Shown: positions 12,818-23,884 of the stretch, piece by piece | How the letters are laid out: each line of letters begins with the position of its first letter | Numbering within the stretch: the stretch's first letter is position 1 | Assembly (NCBI GenBank): GCA_032718475.1 | Contig: JAUCBJ010007033.1 | Coordinates: forward strand, 1-34,851 | Reading direction: 5' to 3' | DNA from: Nemertoderma westbladi | Lineage: Eukaryota > Animalia > Xenacoelomorpha | Length of the DNA stretch: 34,851 bases | Notes under the pieces: generated by a model | What the model was told of the DNA's origin: nothing | The model's database searches: none | Seen by the model: the letters and a program-made list of their open reading frames with translations, nothing else | Made by a program: the position numbers and the translations under genes

Positions 12818-12939
12818 CTTCTTCTGTAGAGCATATAAAATACAAGCAACAACCCGGCCAATATTATCACATTCAATGGAGCGAATATTCCTGTTCCCCA
12901 TGTAGAACCGTCATCGACTTCTTTCTTTTCATTATCCAT
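12818..12939 (-). CDS. PGRMC1: PGRMC/MAPR coding exon 1 (N-terminal transmembrane anchor)
   Basis: MDNEKKEVDDGSTWGTGIFAPLNVIILAGLLLVFYMLYRR; PLN plus hydrophobic helix typical of PGRMC; donor AG|gtgaga. The four exons total 561 nt (186 aa plus stop), in frame. Confidence 0.88.
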
Positions 12940-12940
12940 T

Positions 12941-14209
12941 TTCCACGAAGCTAAGGAAAATCAACTACTTTCGCTAAGAAAGATTTTCCTTAGCTGAGAT
13001 GGTCTATTCATAGTGGGCTATTTTACTTGTGTGGGGCAGATTTGTTTTTTTTTGGTCGGGGAAAAAACTAGCCTTTAAAAGTACCCTGAAATTTTGCATG
13101 TATATACTACTCATCAAGGCGCGTCGTGTGGGATGGGTCTCATATTCAGGAAAAATCTGGTTTCCATGGCAACGGACTTAGAAAAAAGTCTATGTATTTC
13201 AAGTCAATATTTGTAACTCTATTTGTAGGAAAACTATAATACATATAAACTTGGGGTTTCTCAACACAACTATAAGGTCCATAGCAGAGCCGATTGAGGT
13301 TAAATAGAAAATCCAGTTACCTTGGCAACCGGGCTAAACAGATGTTAAAATTTTTAAAATGTTAATTTGAAGCCTAAGGTTAAGGTGTGATGACTTGGGA
13401 CCAATCCCTACCCCCACTATATAACTTATTCTGCGTCCGAATTTGATTGTTCTATTTTGCAGTTACCTTGACAACCGCTGAAAACAGATGTTTTTATACG
13501 AAAATTATTCATTTGTACATAGACTTCACGATAAAATTTTACGAAACTAGGTATGTGTTATCTGGACCACTAGTTGGAACTTTTAGTGAAACTCAAAACA
13601 TTCCAGAAATATCTAGTTACCATGGTAACTGTAGTTTTTTTAAAGTTATATATCATTCAAGTCTATAATCATAACTCTATTTGGAGAAAAACTGTAATAT
13701 ATATAAACTTGGGGTTTTGCAACTCATCTATAAGGTCCATATACAAGCCGTTCGAAGTTAATTAGAAAATCCATTTACCATAGCAACAAGAGTAAACAGA
13801 TGTTAAAATTAATAAAATGATAATTTGAAGCACAATTTAATAGTATTATGACTTGGGACCAACACCTACCCCCACTATATGACTTATTCTGCATCCGAAT
13901 TACATTGTTCTATTTTTCAGTTTCCATGACAACCACTGCAAACAGATGCATTTTGATAGAAAATCTGTAATTTGGACATAAACTACAATATTTTCTGAAA
14001 CTCGATGTGTTATCTGAAAAACAATCTGGACTGAATCTTTTTTCAAAGGTAAAACCAACAGTTCCAGAGAACTCTAGTTTCCATGGGAATAGAAGTTATT
14101 TATTGGCAAATGCTACTAAACTAGGCTAAGCAACGAACCAAATTGTGGCCGTTTGTTTAATTTTCCTTAGCTTCGTGGTTGCATTTCCTTTAGGAAATGC
14201 CTTTCTAGT
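12941..14209 (+). mobile_element. Non-autonomous Helentron-associated element (HINE/DINE-1-like), copy 1
   Basis: 18-bp subterminal inverted repeats CCACGAAGCTAAGGAAAA (12943-12960) and TTTTCCTTAGCTTCGTGG (14161-14178). Also a partial IR near the 5' end, a 3' hairpin GCATTTCCT-TT-AGGAAATGC, end CTAGT, a T-rich insertion site, no TSD and internal degenerate tandem repeats. Confidence 0.8.
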
Positions 14210-14298
14210 ATTTTAGGCCTATTTAAAAAATTACTACGAATTGTAAATTTTAAATTACTACAAAACACTTTTGGTATTTTCTCATACAGCTGTACACT

Positions 14299-15995
14299 AT
14301 CCACGAAGCTAAGGAAAATCAACTACTTTCGCTAAGAAAGATTTTCCTTAGCTGAGATGGTCTATTCATAGTGGGCTATTTTACTTGTGTGAGGCAGATT
14401 TGGTTTTTTTTGGTCGGGGAAAAAACTAGCCTTTAAAAGTACCCTGAAATTTTGCATGTATATACTACTCGGCGAGGCGCATCTTTAGGGCCGGGTCTCA
14501 TATCCAGGAAAAATCTGGTTTCCATGGCAACGGACTTCAAAAAAAGTCTATGTATTTCAAGTCAATATTTATAACTCTATTTGTAGGAAAACTATAATAG
14601 ATATAAACTTGGGGATTCGCAACACAACTATAAGGTCCATAGCAGATCCGATTGAGGCTAAATAGAAAATCCAGTTACCTTGGCAACCGGGATAAACAGA
14701 TGTTAAAATTTATAAAATGTAAATTTGAGGCCTAAGGGCAAGGTGTTATGACTTGGGACCAACCCTTACCCCCACTCAGCCACTATATAACTTATTCTGC
14801 ATCCGAATTACATTGTTCTATTTTTTAGTTACCATGACAACCGCAGAAAACAGATGTTTTTATACAAAAATTATTCATTTGGACATAGACTTCGCGATAA
14901 AATTTTACAAAACTGGGTATGTGTTATCTGGACCACTAGTTGGAACTTTTAGTGAAACTTAAATTATTCCAGAAATTTAGTTACCATGGTACAGTCAGGA
15001 ACACTGGTCACAATATGTCCAATTTACAGCCAGAATGTGTCCGCGGAAAACGCTCTCAGAGTGAAATTTCTCCATAGAAAACAATGCTAAATTTCATTTG
15101 AAAACCGGCAGTGAAATTTTAACATTGGCATTCTAAAAATTATGCCATTAGAATCGCCATAAAATTCTGTATAAATTAATTTGAGAATTAGAATCTCATC
15201 ATTGGGATAACTATCATAATATTAAAAATGAAAATGTGCCCAGCTTCTGCTTTGAGTACTATTGGAGTTACAGCCAAAATATGTCCGGAAATATAATCGC
15301 AGCCTGTGAAGGACAAATAGTGGCTGCGCGGACACTTTCTGGCTGTAAATATGTGGACAATTTTTGGCTGAGCTTCAGCCAGAAAGTGACCAGTGTTCCT
15401 AACTGTGGTAACTGTAGTTTATTAAACTCTATATCATTCAAGTCTATATTGATAACTCTATTTGTAGCAAAACTGTAATATATATAAACTTGGGGTTTTG
15501 CAACTCATCTATAAGATCCATATCCAAGCCGTTTGAGGCTAATTAGAAAATACAGTTACCATAGCAACAAGTCTGAACAGATGTTAAAATTTATAAAATG
15601 ATAATTTGAAGTACAAGTTAATAGTATTATGACTTGGGACTAACCCCTACCCCCACTATATGACTTATTCTGCATCCGAATTACATTGTTCTATTTTTCA
15701 GTTTCCATGACAACCACTGCAAACAGATGCATTTTGATAGAAAATCGGTAATTTGGACATAAACTACAATATTTTCTGAAACTCAGTATATGTGTTATCT
15801 GAACCACAATCTGTACTGATTTTTTTTTCAAAGGTTAAAGCAACAGTTCCAGAGAACTCTAGTTTCCATGGGAATAGAAGTTAATTTATTGACAAATGCT
15901 ACTAAACGAGGCTAAGCAACGAACCAAAGTGTGGCCGTTTGTTTAATTTTCCTTAGCTTCGTGGTTGCATTTCCTTTAGGAAATGCCTTTCTCGT
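14299..15995 (+). mobile_element. HINE/DINE-1-like element, copy 2 (interrupted by a MITE)
   Basis: Highly similar to copy 1, with the same subTIRs and hairpin; ends CTCGT. Carries a 414-bp insertion at 14992-15405. Confidence 0.8.
14992..15405. mobile_element. MITE with CAG..CTG termini and 5-bp TSD (TGGTA); superfamily unassigned
   Basis: TIRs CAGTCAGGAACACTGGTCAC and GTGACCAGTGTTCCTAACTG; TGGTA at 14987-14991 and 15406-15410. The empty site GTTACCATGGTAAC is present in HINE copy 1. Confidence 0.92.
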
Positions 15996-16821
15996 AGAGG
16001 AGACCTACTACTGCTGTACTGTACTACAGTTTATTAACTCAGACCTAACATATAAATCCCTTCGATACTGACAGACTGATAGTTTAACGTGCTGAATCAG
16101 TCAGCATTCAGGCATTAGGCCTATACAGTTACTGAGTTCAATGACTGAATGATAGGTTCTCTTTATCTTGGCTTATTACCAGATTACCGGTCAGCCGGTC
16201 CAGTTAAGTTATTCTCTAAATTCTTATTACCGGTACCAATTCTTGAAGGAAGACAGATTATCCGATGATCAATATCGTTAACCTTCTATTATTCTTTTTG
16301 TCGGTAGGCTATTCATCAATCAGGCTGCCAGGAAGTCTGATGGCCTAGTTTAGATTAGACTCAAGGGGGACAAAATCTGCGCGAAGGCAGGAAGGGACAA
16401 TACAGCAATATCCGATATCTGCTACCGGTAGAAGATTTTTCCCACGGCCAACGGCTGCCCGGTCAAAATATGCGGTGGATAATTTCGCCATGTTCTGATG
16501 TTTGCAGGCTGGCAGGTATGATACGATATACTAACTTGAAGGGGGGGATTAACGTGTTTAGGGGCCTCCACAGTCCACATATAAGTAACAGACTGACAGA
16601 CAGACAGAGTAATACACTGATATACGTCAACACGTCATAAACCAATTGCTGAATTGAGGGAAAGGAGCAGGCAGGCAGGTTACAGAATACAGAGCAGTAG
16701 AGGCAGGCTTTTCTAACCAAAACAATAAACGGCCACTTAACCAATTGAGGGAAAGGAGCAGGTTACAGAACACTGCAAAAGTCCAGTCAGTACTAGGCCT
16801 AACTGCAGTTCCAGAGTTCAG

Positions 16822-18898
16822 CAGTTTAGAACACTGGCTGACTGATCACTTTCTGGCTGAAGCTCAGCCAAAAATTGTCCAAATATTTACAGCCAGAAAG
16901 TGTCCGTGCAGCCAATATTTGTCCTTCACAGGTTGCGATTATATTTCCGGGCATATCTGCATATTTTGGCTGTAAATCCACTAGGCCTAGTCCTCAAAGC
17001 AGAAGCTGCTAGGCTGGGCACATAATGTGACCATTTTTTATTTTTAATATTAATAATCTGATAATAGTTATCCCAACGCACCCCTGGTTTAAAAAGCTTT
17101 TAGTGTCATGAAAAATACCGTAAAATCTGTGACTGCCAGCTCTTATATAATGGTCTGCATAGCAAAAAAAAATATTTTTTAAAATATTTTATCGAGCTCC
17201 TTTTTTTAGCACCTAAAAATGTGTTCTAGAACATTTTTTCGGTGGTGTGCGGAGTTGTCGAATTTAGGTATCTTGAATACTGATTCCTTATATTTAGCCA
17301 TTATATGCGAAATTCGCTCAGGATTTCAAATCTGCAAACAGTTTCATCATATCTTGTTTAGTTTTCAAGATATCGTGAAAAATGTGATGCGCATCCAAAA
17401 AGTGCGTGTGGCGCCAAATTTTCAATTTTCAGTAATTTGAAATATTCACTAAAAAATGAAAATTATCGATTTCTATAGGTTTTCGGCGATGCTGAATGCA
17501 ATGGTAATATTTTCCAGAAGGCTGGGTGAATTGTCATACTACTTTTCATTGGGTGCTGAAATTTGGAAAATGAAAATCAAATTTTCAACCATTGGAAATT
17601 TTCAATATAAAGCTCTGATTTACGATTTATTAAGGTTCTGTGTGTTGCTGAATGTAACAGTAATGTTTTCTAAATAAGTGGATTACTGTGTAAACAATTT
17701 TTACTAAACTGTCTAAAAAATGTGATAAGATATAATTTAATTCCTAATTCATACGTTTGTATTATTACTGTCATCCTACTTATATATTCTAAAATATTTC
17801 AAAACACAATACTTCGATTAATTATCTTTATGTATTTTTATTAAACTTTTATGAATATTTATATAACTTTTACAAAGTTTTGTATAACTTTTAGAACTTT
17901 TCTGACTTTTTTCGGATTTTTCTATAACCTTTAGAAAATTTTATACCGCTTTTAATACATGTTTTGAAAATTATTATATAACTTTTGGTAATTTTTATAC
18001 AGCTTTTGCTAACGAATATGATGCTTAGGGAGACATTATATACATAGTAAACCAGTTATCCAGAAAATAATACTGTAGCATTCAAAACCATACAAAACCT
18101 AAAAAAATAGCTAATCATAGGTTTAAACGGGATATTACAAAACTTGTAAAATTTGTCATTTTTGTTTTTAAAATTTCAGCACCCAATGAAAAGTAGCACA
18201 AAAATTCACTCAGACTTTTGGAAAATATTACCATTGCATTCAGCATGGCAGAAAACCTATATAAATCGATAATTTTCATTTTTTAGTGACTATTTCAATT
18301 TACTGAAAATTGAAAATTTGGCGCCGCACGCACTTTTTGGGTGCGCATCACATTTTTCACGATATCTTGAAAACTAAACAAGATATGATGAAACTGTTTG
18401 CAGATTTGAAATCCTGAGCGAATTTCGCATATAATGGATAATATAAGGAATCAGTATTCAAGTTACCTAAATTCGACAACTCCGCACACCACCGAAAAAA
18501 TGTTCTAGAACACATTTTTACGTGTTAAAAAAAAGGAGCTCGATAAAATATTAAAAAAAATATTTTTTTTTGCTATGCAGACCATTATATAAGAGCTGGC
18601 AGTCACAGATTTTACGGTATTTTTCATGACACTAAAAGTTTTTAAAACCAGGGGTGAACGATGAGATTCTAATTTACAAATTAATTTATACAGACTGACA
18701 GAATTTTATGGGGATTCTAACTGTCTACTGGTCTAAGGGCGTAATTTTTAGAATGCCAATGTTAAAATTTCACTGCCGGTTTTCAAATGAAATTTAGCAT
18801 TGTTTTTCAATGGAGAAATTTCACTCTGAGAGCGTTTTCCGCGGACACATTCTGGCTGTAAATTGGACATATTGTGATGTGACCAGTGTTCCTGACTG
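16822..18898 (-). mobile_element. Second, inverted copy of the CAG..CTG MITE, split by a nested element and carrying many small insertions
   Basis: 16822-17078 and 18657-18898 align to the reverse complement of 14992-15405. Confidence 0.88.
17079..18656. mobile_element. Non-autonomous foldback DNA transposon with CAC..GTG ends, 4-bp TSD (AACG) and ~500-600-bp TIRs; Chapaev/CMC-like
   Basis: CACCCCTGGTTT...AAACCAGGGGTG; AACG at 17075-17078 and 18657-18660. The arms are near-identical for ~500 bp. Superfamily is inferred from termini and TSD length only. Confidence 0.88.
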
Positions 18899-19584
18899 AA
18901 TGCACGTACAGTACTGGTACAGTACCAGTGGAGGTCCTGAAACACGTTAGTCCTACTTCAGCAGTTCAGTACCGGTACTTGCAGTAATCAATCACCGACA
19001 ATGCTGCAATGGCAGAACAGCAGAATGGAATGGCAGAATGGACTAGTTCAGCTTCAGGTTGTCAGATGTTAGGGTTAGCCTTAGCTGGTTACTGGGTTAG
19101 CGGCACCAGACCAGCACCCAGCAGACAGCGGGAATAATGCAGTACATGCAGTTTTTGCAGTACAGCAGTAGGCTATTACTACGGTACTGCTGTACTCTGG
19201 TACTGTACTAGAACATAGACAGATAGAGTAAGGTGATATCATCAAATCAGAATAGTCAGTGATTTTTTATGTCCTTTTATTTGACTTTTTTTGTCCTTTT
19301 TTTTACGAATTATGCATAATGACTTTTGTTGTCCTTTTAATGACTTTTATTGTCCTTTTAATGACTTTTATGTATGTATTTCTTCAAACTGTCAGACTGC
19401 TGATTTCTGGACTGTCAGACAGTGATTTCACCATGGCTGTGCCAAAACATTCCATGATTCCATGATTTATAGACTATGAGATAGATTTCCATATGCGCCT
19501 GTGGTAAAAAGACTCTATATTTAATAGTTTGTGGTTGTTGTCGATAATCGATTACGACATGACGTAGCAAAACACTCATTTTAT

Positions 19585-20377
19585 AGCCCAAAACAATTAC
19601 CAATTGATGGAAAGGAGCAGGTTAAGGCCGAGTTTTCTAACCAAAACAATAAACAGTCACTTTACCAAATCAGGGAAAGGAGCAGGTTACAGAGACGGGA
19701 TTTTCTAACCAAAACAATAAACGATCACTTAACTAATTGAGGGAAAGGAGCAGGTTACAGAGGCGGGATTTTCTAACCAAAACAATAAACGATCACTTAA
19801 CTTATTGAGGGAAAGGAGCAGGTTACAGAGGCGGGATTTTCTAACCAAAACAATAAACGATCATTTAACTAATTGAGGGAAAGGGACAGGTTACAGAGGC
19901 GGGATTTTCTAACCAAAACAATAAACGATCACTTAACTTATTGAGGGAAAGGAGCAGGTTACAGAGGCGGGATTTTCTAACCAAAACAATAAACGATCAT
20001 TTAACTAATTGAGGGAAAGGGACAGGTTACAGAGGCGGAATTTTCTAACCAAAACAATAAACGATCACTTAACTAATTGAGGGAAAGGAGCAGGTTACAG
20101 AGGCGGGATTTTCTAACCAAAACAATAAACGATCATTTAACTAATTGAGGGAAAGGGGCAGGTTACAGAGGCGGGCCTTTCTAACCAAAACAATAAACGG
20201 TCACTTTACCAATTCAGGGAAAGGAGCAGGTTACAGAGGCGGGATTTTCTAACCAAAACAATAAACGATCATTTAACTAATTGAGGGAAAAGGGCAGGTT
20301 ACAGAGGCGGGATTTTCTAACCAAAACAATAAACGATCATTTAACTAATTGAGAGAAAGGAGCAGGTTGCAGAGACG
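19585..20377 (+). repeat. 68-bp tandem repeat, about 11-12 copies
   Basis: Unit AATTGAGGGAAAGGAGCAGGTTACAGAGGCGGGATTTTCTAACCAAAACAATAAACGATCACTTAACT. About two further degenerate units lie at ~16638-16770. Confidence 0.95.
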
Positions 20378-20590
20378 ATAAAACTACAGTAATAGGCCTA
20401 AATTATGTGAAAGGTATATCCACATTTTCCACAATCCTGCAATCCAGTTTGGCCTATCAATTATTTAAAATTTATTAGCACAACCGGTAGGCCTACCATT
20501 ACCGTATTTAAATGGTAGGCTACACAGTAGGCCTATATCAGTACCGGTGCCGGTACTAAAATACAGAAATACCTGCTTTATACCTACATC

Positions 20591-20851
20591 TACGGTGGCT
20601 GAAAGCGGCCAAACAATATTAATTAAGCGTTTTTTTTTTTTAATTTCAACCCGGGTTGAAAATAATATCAACCCGGGTTGAAAATAATATCAACCCGGGT
20701 TGAAAATAATATCAACCCGGGTTGAAAATAATATCAACCCGGGTTGAAAATAATATCAACCCGGGTTGATATTACTGTATTTTCAACCCGGGTTGAAATT
20801 TAAAAAAAAAAACGCTTAATTAATATTGTTTGGCCGCTTTCAGCCACCGTA
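20591..20851. mobile_element. MITE with TACGG..CCGTA termini and 6-bp TSD (TACATC), IS3EU-like, with internal 22-bp repeats
   Basis: TACATC at 20585-20590 and 20852-20857; ~70-bp TIRs; seven copies of the palindrome TCAACCCGGGTTGA. Confidence 0.85.
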
Positions 20852-22025
20852 TACATCTGTACATACAAATATACAATACGCAGCAAATTAGTGCTATATA
20901 TACTAATACCGGTACTGATAGCCTGAGAGAACAGCAGTAGAGAAACCGGTAGCATGGAACCTAACATTAGACTTTTGGAGGACATAAAAAATAAAAAAAA
21001 AGGACAAAAAAAGGATTTATAAACGGACAATAAAAATTATTGCGATTCATGAATTCAATGTTAAAACAGATTTGAATTTACCGCCAAAATATAGGTGGTA
21101 GATCTGATCTGCCAAACTTCAGCCCTTCGGGTATATCTTTTGCGTAGAGGTATAGCCTACATAGAGGCTTCATGTAGGTATGTGTAGCCTACATGTAGAT
21201 GCACGTGTAGGGTGAATGTAGGTAGGTGTAGTCCCATAGATATTAATGTAATTTATGTGTCAACTTGCAGTAACGTGATACACGGTCGTCAATCAGGATG
21301 TATGGCAATAATCTCTGATCTCCACGGTACAATACGGTACATCAACATGCAGACCTGTCTGCTGTCAGACAACAGGTTTTACTGCATACTGCAGTACTGT
21401 ATAAATATCAAACATCGCGTTCTGATTATACTAAAGTCCCTTACTCGTCATAAATATTATGCCCTAATAAATTTGAGTATGCTAACGCCACGAAAGGCAT
21501 TGTTCCATTAGATTAACTCGTTCTGATTTATATGTTTATTGAGTAAGAGTAACCTAAACAAGAATAACAGCCATCATCGCGGGGACTATAGTCTACCAGA
21601 AACCCTGACCCCCCTCTGCCCCTCTTTATCTATTTATCAACCATACATCCATGGGACTTGAACAGTACTTCAGCATTGAAATGTTTTGGACGTTTTGTTT
21701 TGAAAGTAAAAATATAGAAGTCTGGAAGTTTTGTTTGTTTTAATTTTTCAGGCAGTCACATTCCACCAACCAGCAACAGTCCCATCCCTTCCCACTATCC
21801 CGCGGACCACCACACTGTTTCATTATAAAGTATTCCCATCTCGATTATGGGAATTAATCAGTAATCCGATGGGATTCAAATCCCATCTCGAAGTAACAGC
21901 AAAACAATAACACGAAAAGTCAATAGCTTTACAGTTATATTTGATTGCATTGAAAGTTAATAGAAAGAAGAAGTTAAATTGCATATCCATTAAAATATCA
22001 TGAAATTGATACGGCAGTTTAGTAG

Positions 22026-22027
<2 letters not shown>

Positions 22028-22056
<29 letters not shown>

Positions 22057-22845
22057 TTTATAAAGCGCCTTTCTAAGCACTATTTCAAGGCGCTGTGTAG
22101 TGTATGTGTTGGTATGTACTGCGTGTACGTAGGTATTTTCTATAAAAACTGGCTAAAGAACACTAAAAACATAAGTAAAAAAAAACACAATCAAGTAAAA
22201 AGTTAGAACTATTTTAAAAAATTGCTTCAGCAATATTCCTGTACATAATAGTGAGTTTTCAGTTTTTCTTTAAAAATACCAAGGGTACTGGCCAGGCGTA
22301 TGTCTTTAGGTAAGGAATTCCAAATGCGAGGTGCCGCAACAGAGAACGCGCGCCTTCCATAGCTCTCAAGGTTGTATCGGGGTACAACCAATAATCCCTC
22401 ACCGCCCGAACGTAAGTCCCTCCCGGGTGTATATCGCTTGAGCAGTTCGCAGAGATAGCCCGGCGCGGTACCGTTCCAGCACTTGTATGACAACATAGCT
22501 AATTTATATTCAATACGCCTATTAATTGGGAGCCAGTGGAGGCGTTTCAGTACTGGGGTTATGTGCTCGCGCTTTCTAATACCTTCTAACATTCGCGCTG
22601 CTGAGTTCTGTACATATTGTAATTTCTTAATGTATTTATCAGGTAAACCATAGTAGAGTGAATTATTGTTGTCCAATTTATTTGTTATAAATGCATGTAT
22701 TAATATTTCCAATTCACATCTAGATAAATATCGCTTTATTTTAGAAAGGTTGCGTAGATGGAAGAAGGCGTCTCTAACTACGGTTGATATCTGATTTTTG
22801 AATGTTAGGTGAGAGTCAAAGAGGAAGCCAATGTTACGAGCATTG
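22028..22845 (-). mobile_element. 5'-truncated L2-clade LINE (C-terminus of ORF2, 3' stem-loop, (ATT)n tail)
   Basis: ARNIGFLFDSHLTF, LIHAFITNKLD..NSLYYGLP, LQYVQNSAAR, HITPVLKRLHWLP, RAFSVAAPRIWNSLP. The 3' end on the minus strand is AGCGCCTTGA..AAGGCGCTTTATAAATATTATT... Confidence 0.92.
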
Positions 22846-22985
22846 AAACGGCCACAGCAAGATTTATAAAATGAAAAATAAGTAAAATCAGCACAGCACA
22901 CAATATTATCAATATAGACATTGAAGACAATTTAATAAACAAATACTATAAAAAAATATCTACTAACAATCAATACATGATATAT

Positions 22986-23202
22986 CTCTGAGAGTGGAAA
23001 GGATATCCACCATTTTACGTCTAGGATGGATGGAGTGGAAAGGAGTTCCACCATTCTACCTCTAGGATGGATGGAGTGGAAAGGATTTCCATCATTCTAC
23101 CTCTAGGATGGATGGAGTGGAAAGGATTTCCACCATTCTACCTTTAGGATGGATGGAGTGGAAAGGATTTCCACCATTTTACCTCTAGGATGGATGGAGT
23201 GG
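22986..23202 (+). repeat. 41-bp minisatellite (about 5 copies) flanked by a 14-bp direct repeat
   Basis: Unit GAGTGGAAAGGATTTCCACCATTCTACCTCTAGGATGGATG; AATACATGATATAT at 22972-22985 and 23203-23216. Confidence 0.9.
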
Positions 23203-23884
23203 AATACATGATATATATAATATATATAATATATAGGCCTATACATCAGCGACTACCATCGCCACTCTGGTTCAATCAGTCAGTCCGGTATCATTGTTAG
23301 CGTTTTGTTGAATTACCCACTCATCCTCAGACCCTCATGGACACCGACGACGAGCTCTAACCGTAACCGTTAGTCGATTCCTCCTTGACTGGAAACATCA
23401 GGCTGTCAGGTTCGGGCCGTTCGGCCCATACAAAGTCATTAGCCTCCATGCCTGAACCCGCAGGATCATAAGATCTACAGTATGTATCGGTATATCGTTC
23501 AGTCGTTTTTTCCTTTGTCAGTACTGTAGTATTGATAGGCTCCGTCTCGTGGGTATTCAGGGGACCCCCATTCGACGTATTCGCATCTCCTCCTGGTTGT
23601 TTCGGGTACCACCGCCCGCCATATGCGCATCTCTTCGTGGTTGTTCCGGGTACCGCCCCCGTTCGCCGCATTCGCATCTCATCGAGGAAGTTCGGGTCCG
23701 GGTACCCCGTGTAGGCCTATTCATTCATCATTGTTGTTTTTAAAGACCTACCTACATTCACCCTACACGTGCATCTACATGTAGGCTACACATACCTACA
23801 TGTAGCCTCTATGTAGGCTATACCTCTACGCAAAAGATATACCCGATATACGATATATATATATACGATATATATACGATATGA

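Larger units (their letters stand above)
21127..23846. mobile_element. Segment bounded by ~100-bp inverted repeats (probable non-autonomous TIR element with cargo)
   Basis: TCGGGTATATCTTTTGCGTAGAGG...GTAGGTAGGT (21127-21228) is the reverse complement of 23746-23846, with few mismatches. No TSD was seen. Confidence 0.6.

Noticed and set aside
19585-20377. CRISPR-like appearance of regular repeats (also 20646-20796)
   Set aside because: There are no unique spacers or cas genes, and the context is eukaryotic.
19258-21035. Loose inverted similarity between T-rich GTCC/GAC repeats and A-rich GGAC repeats
   Set aside because: Too degenerate and low-complexity to define termini or a TSD.
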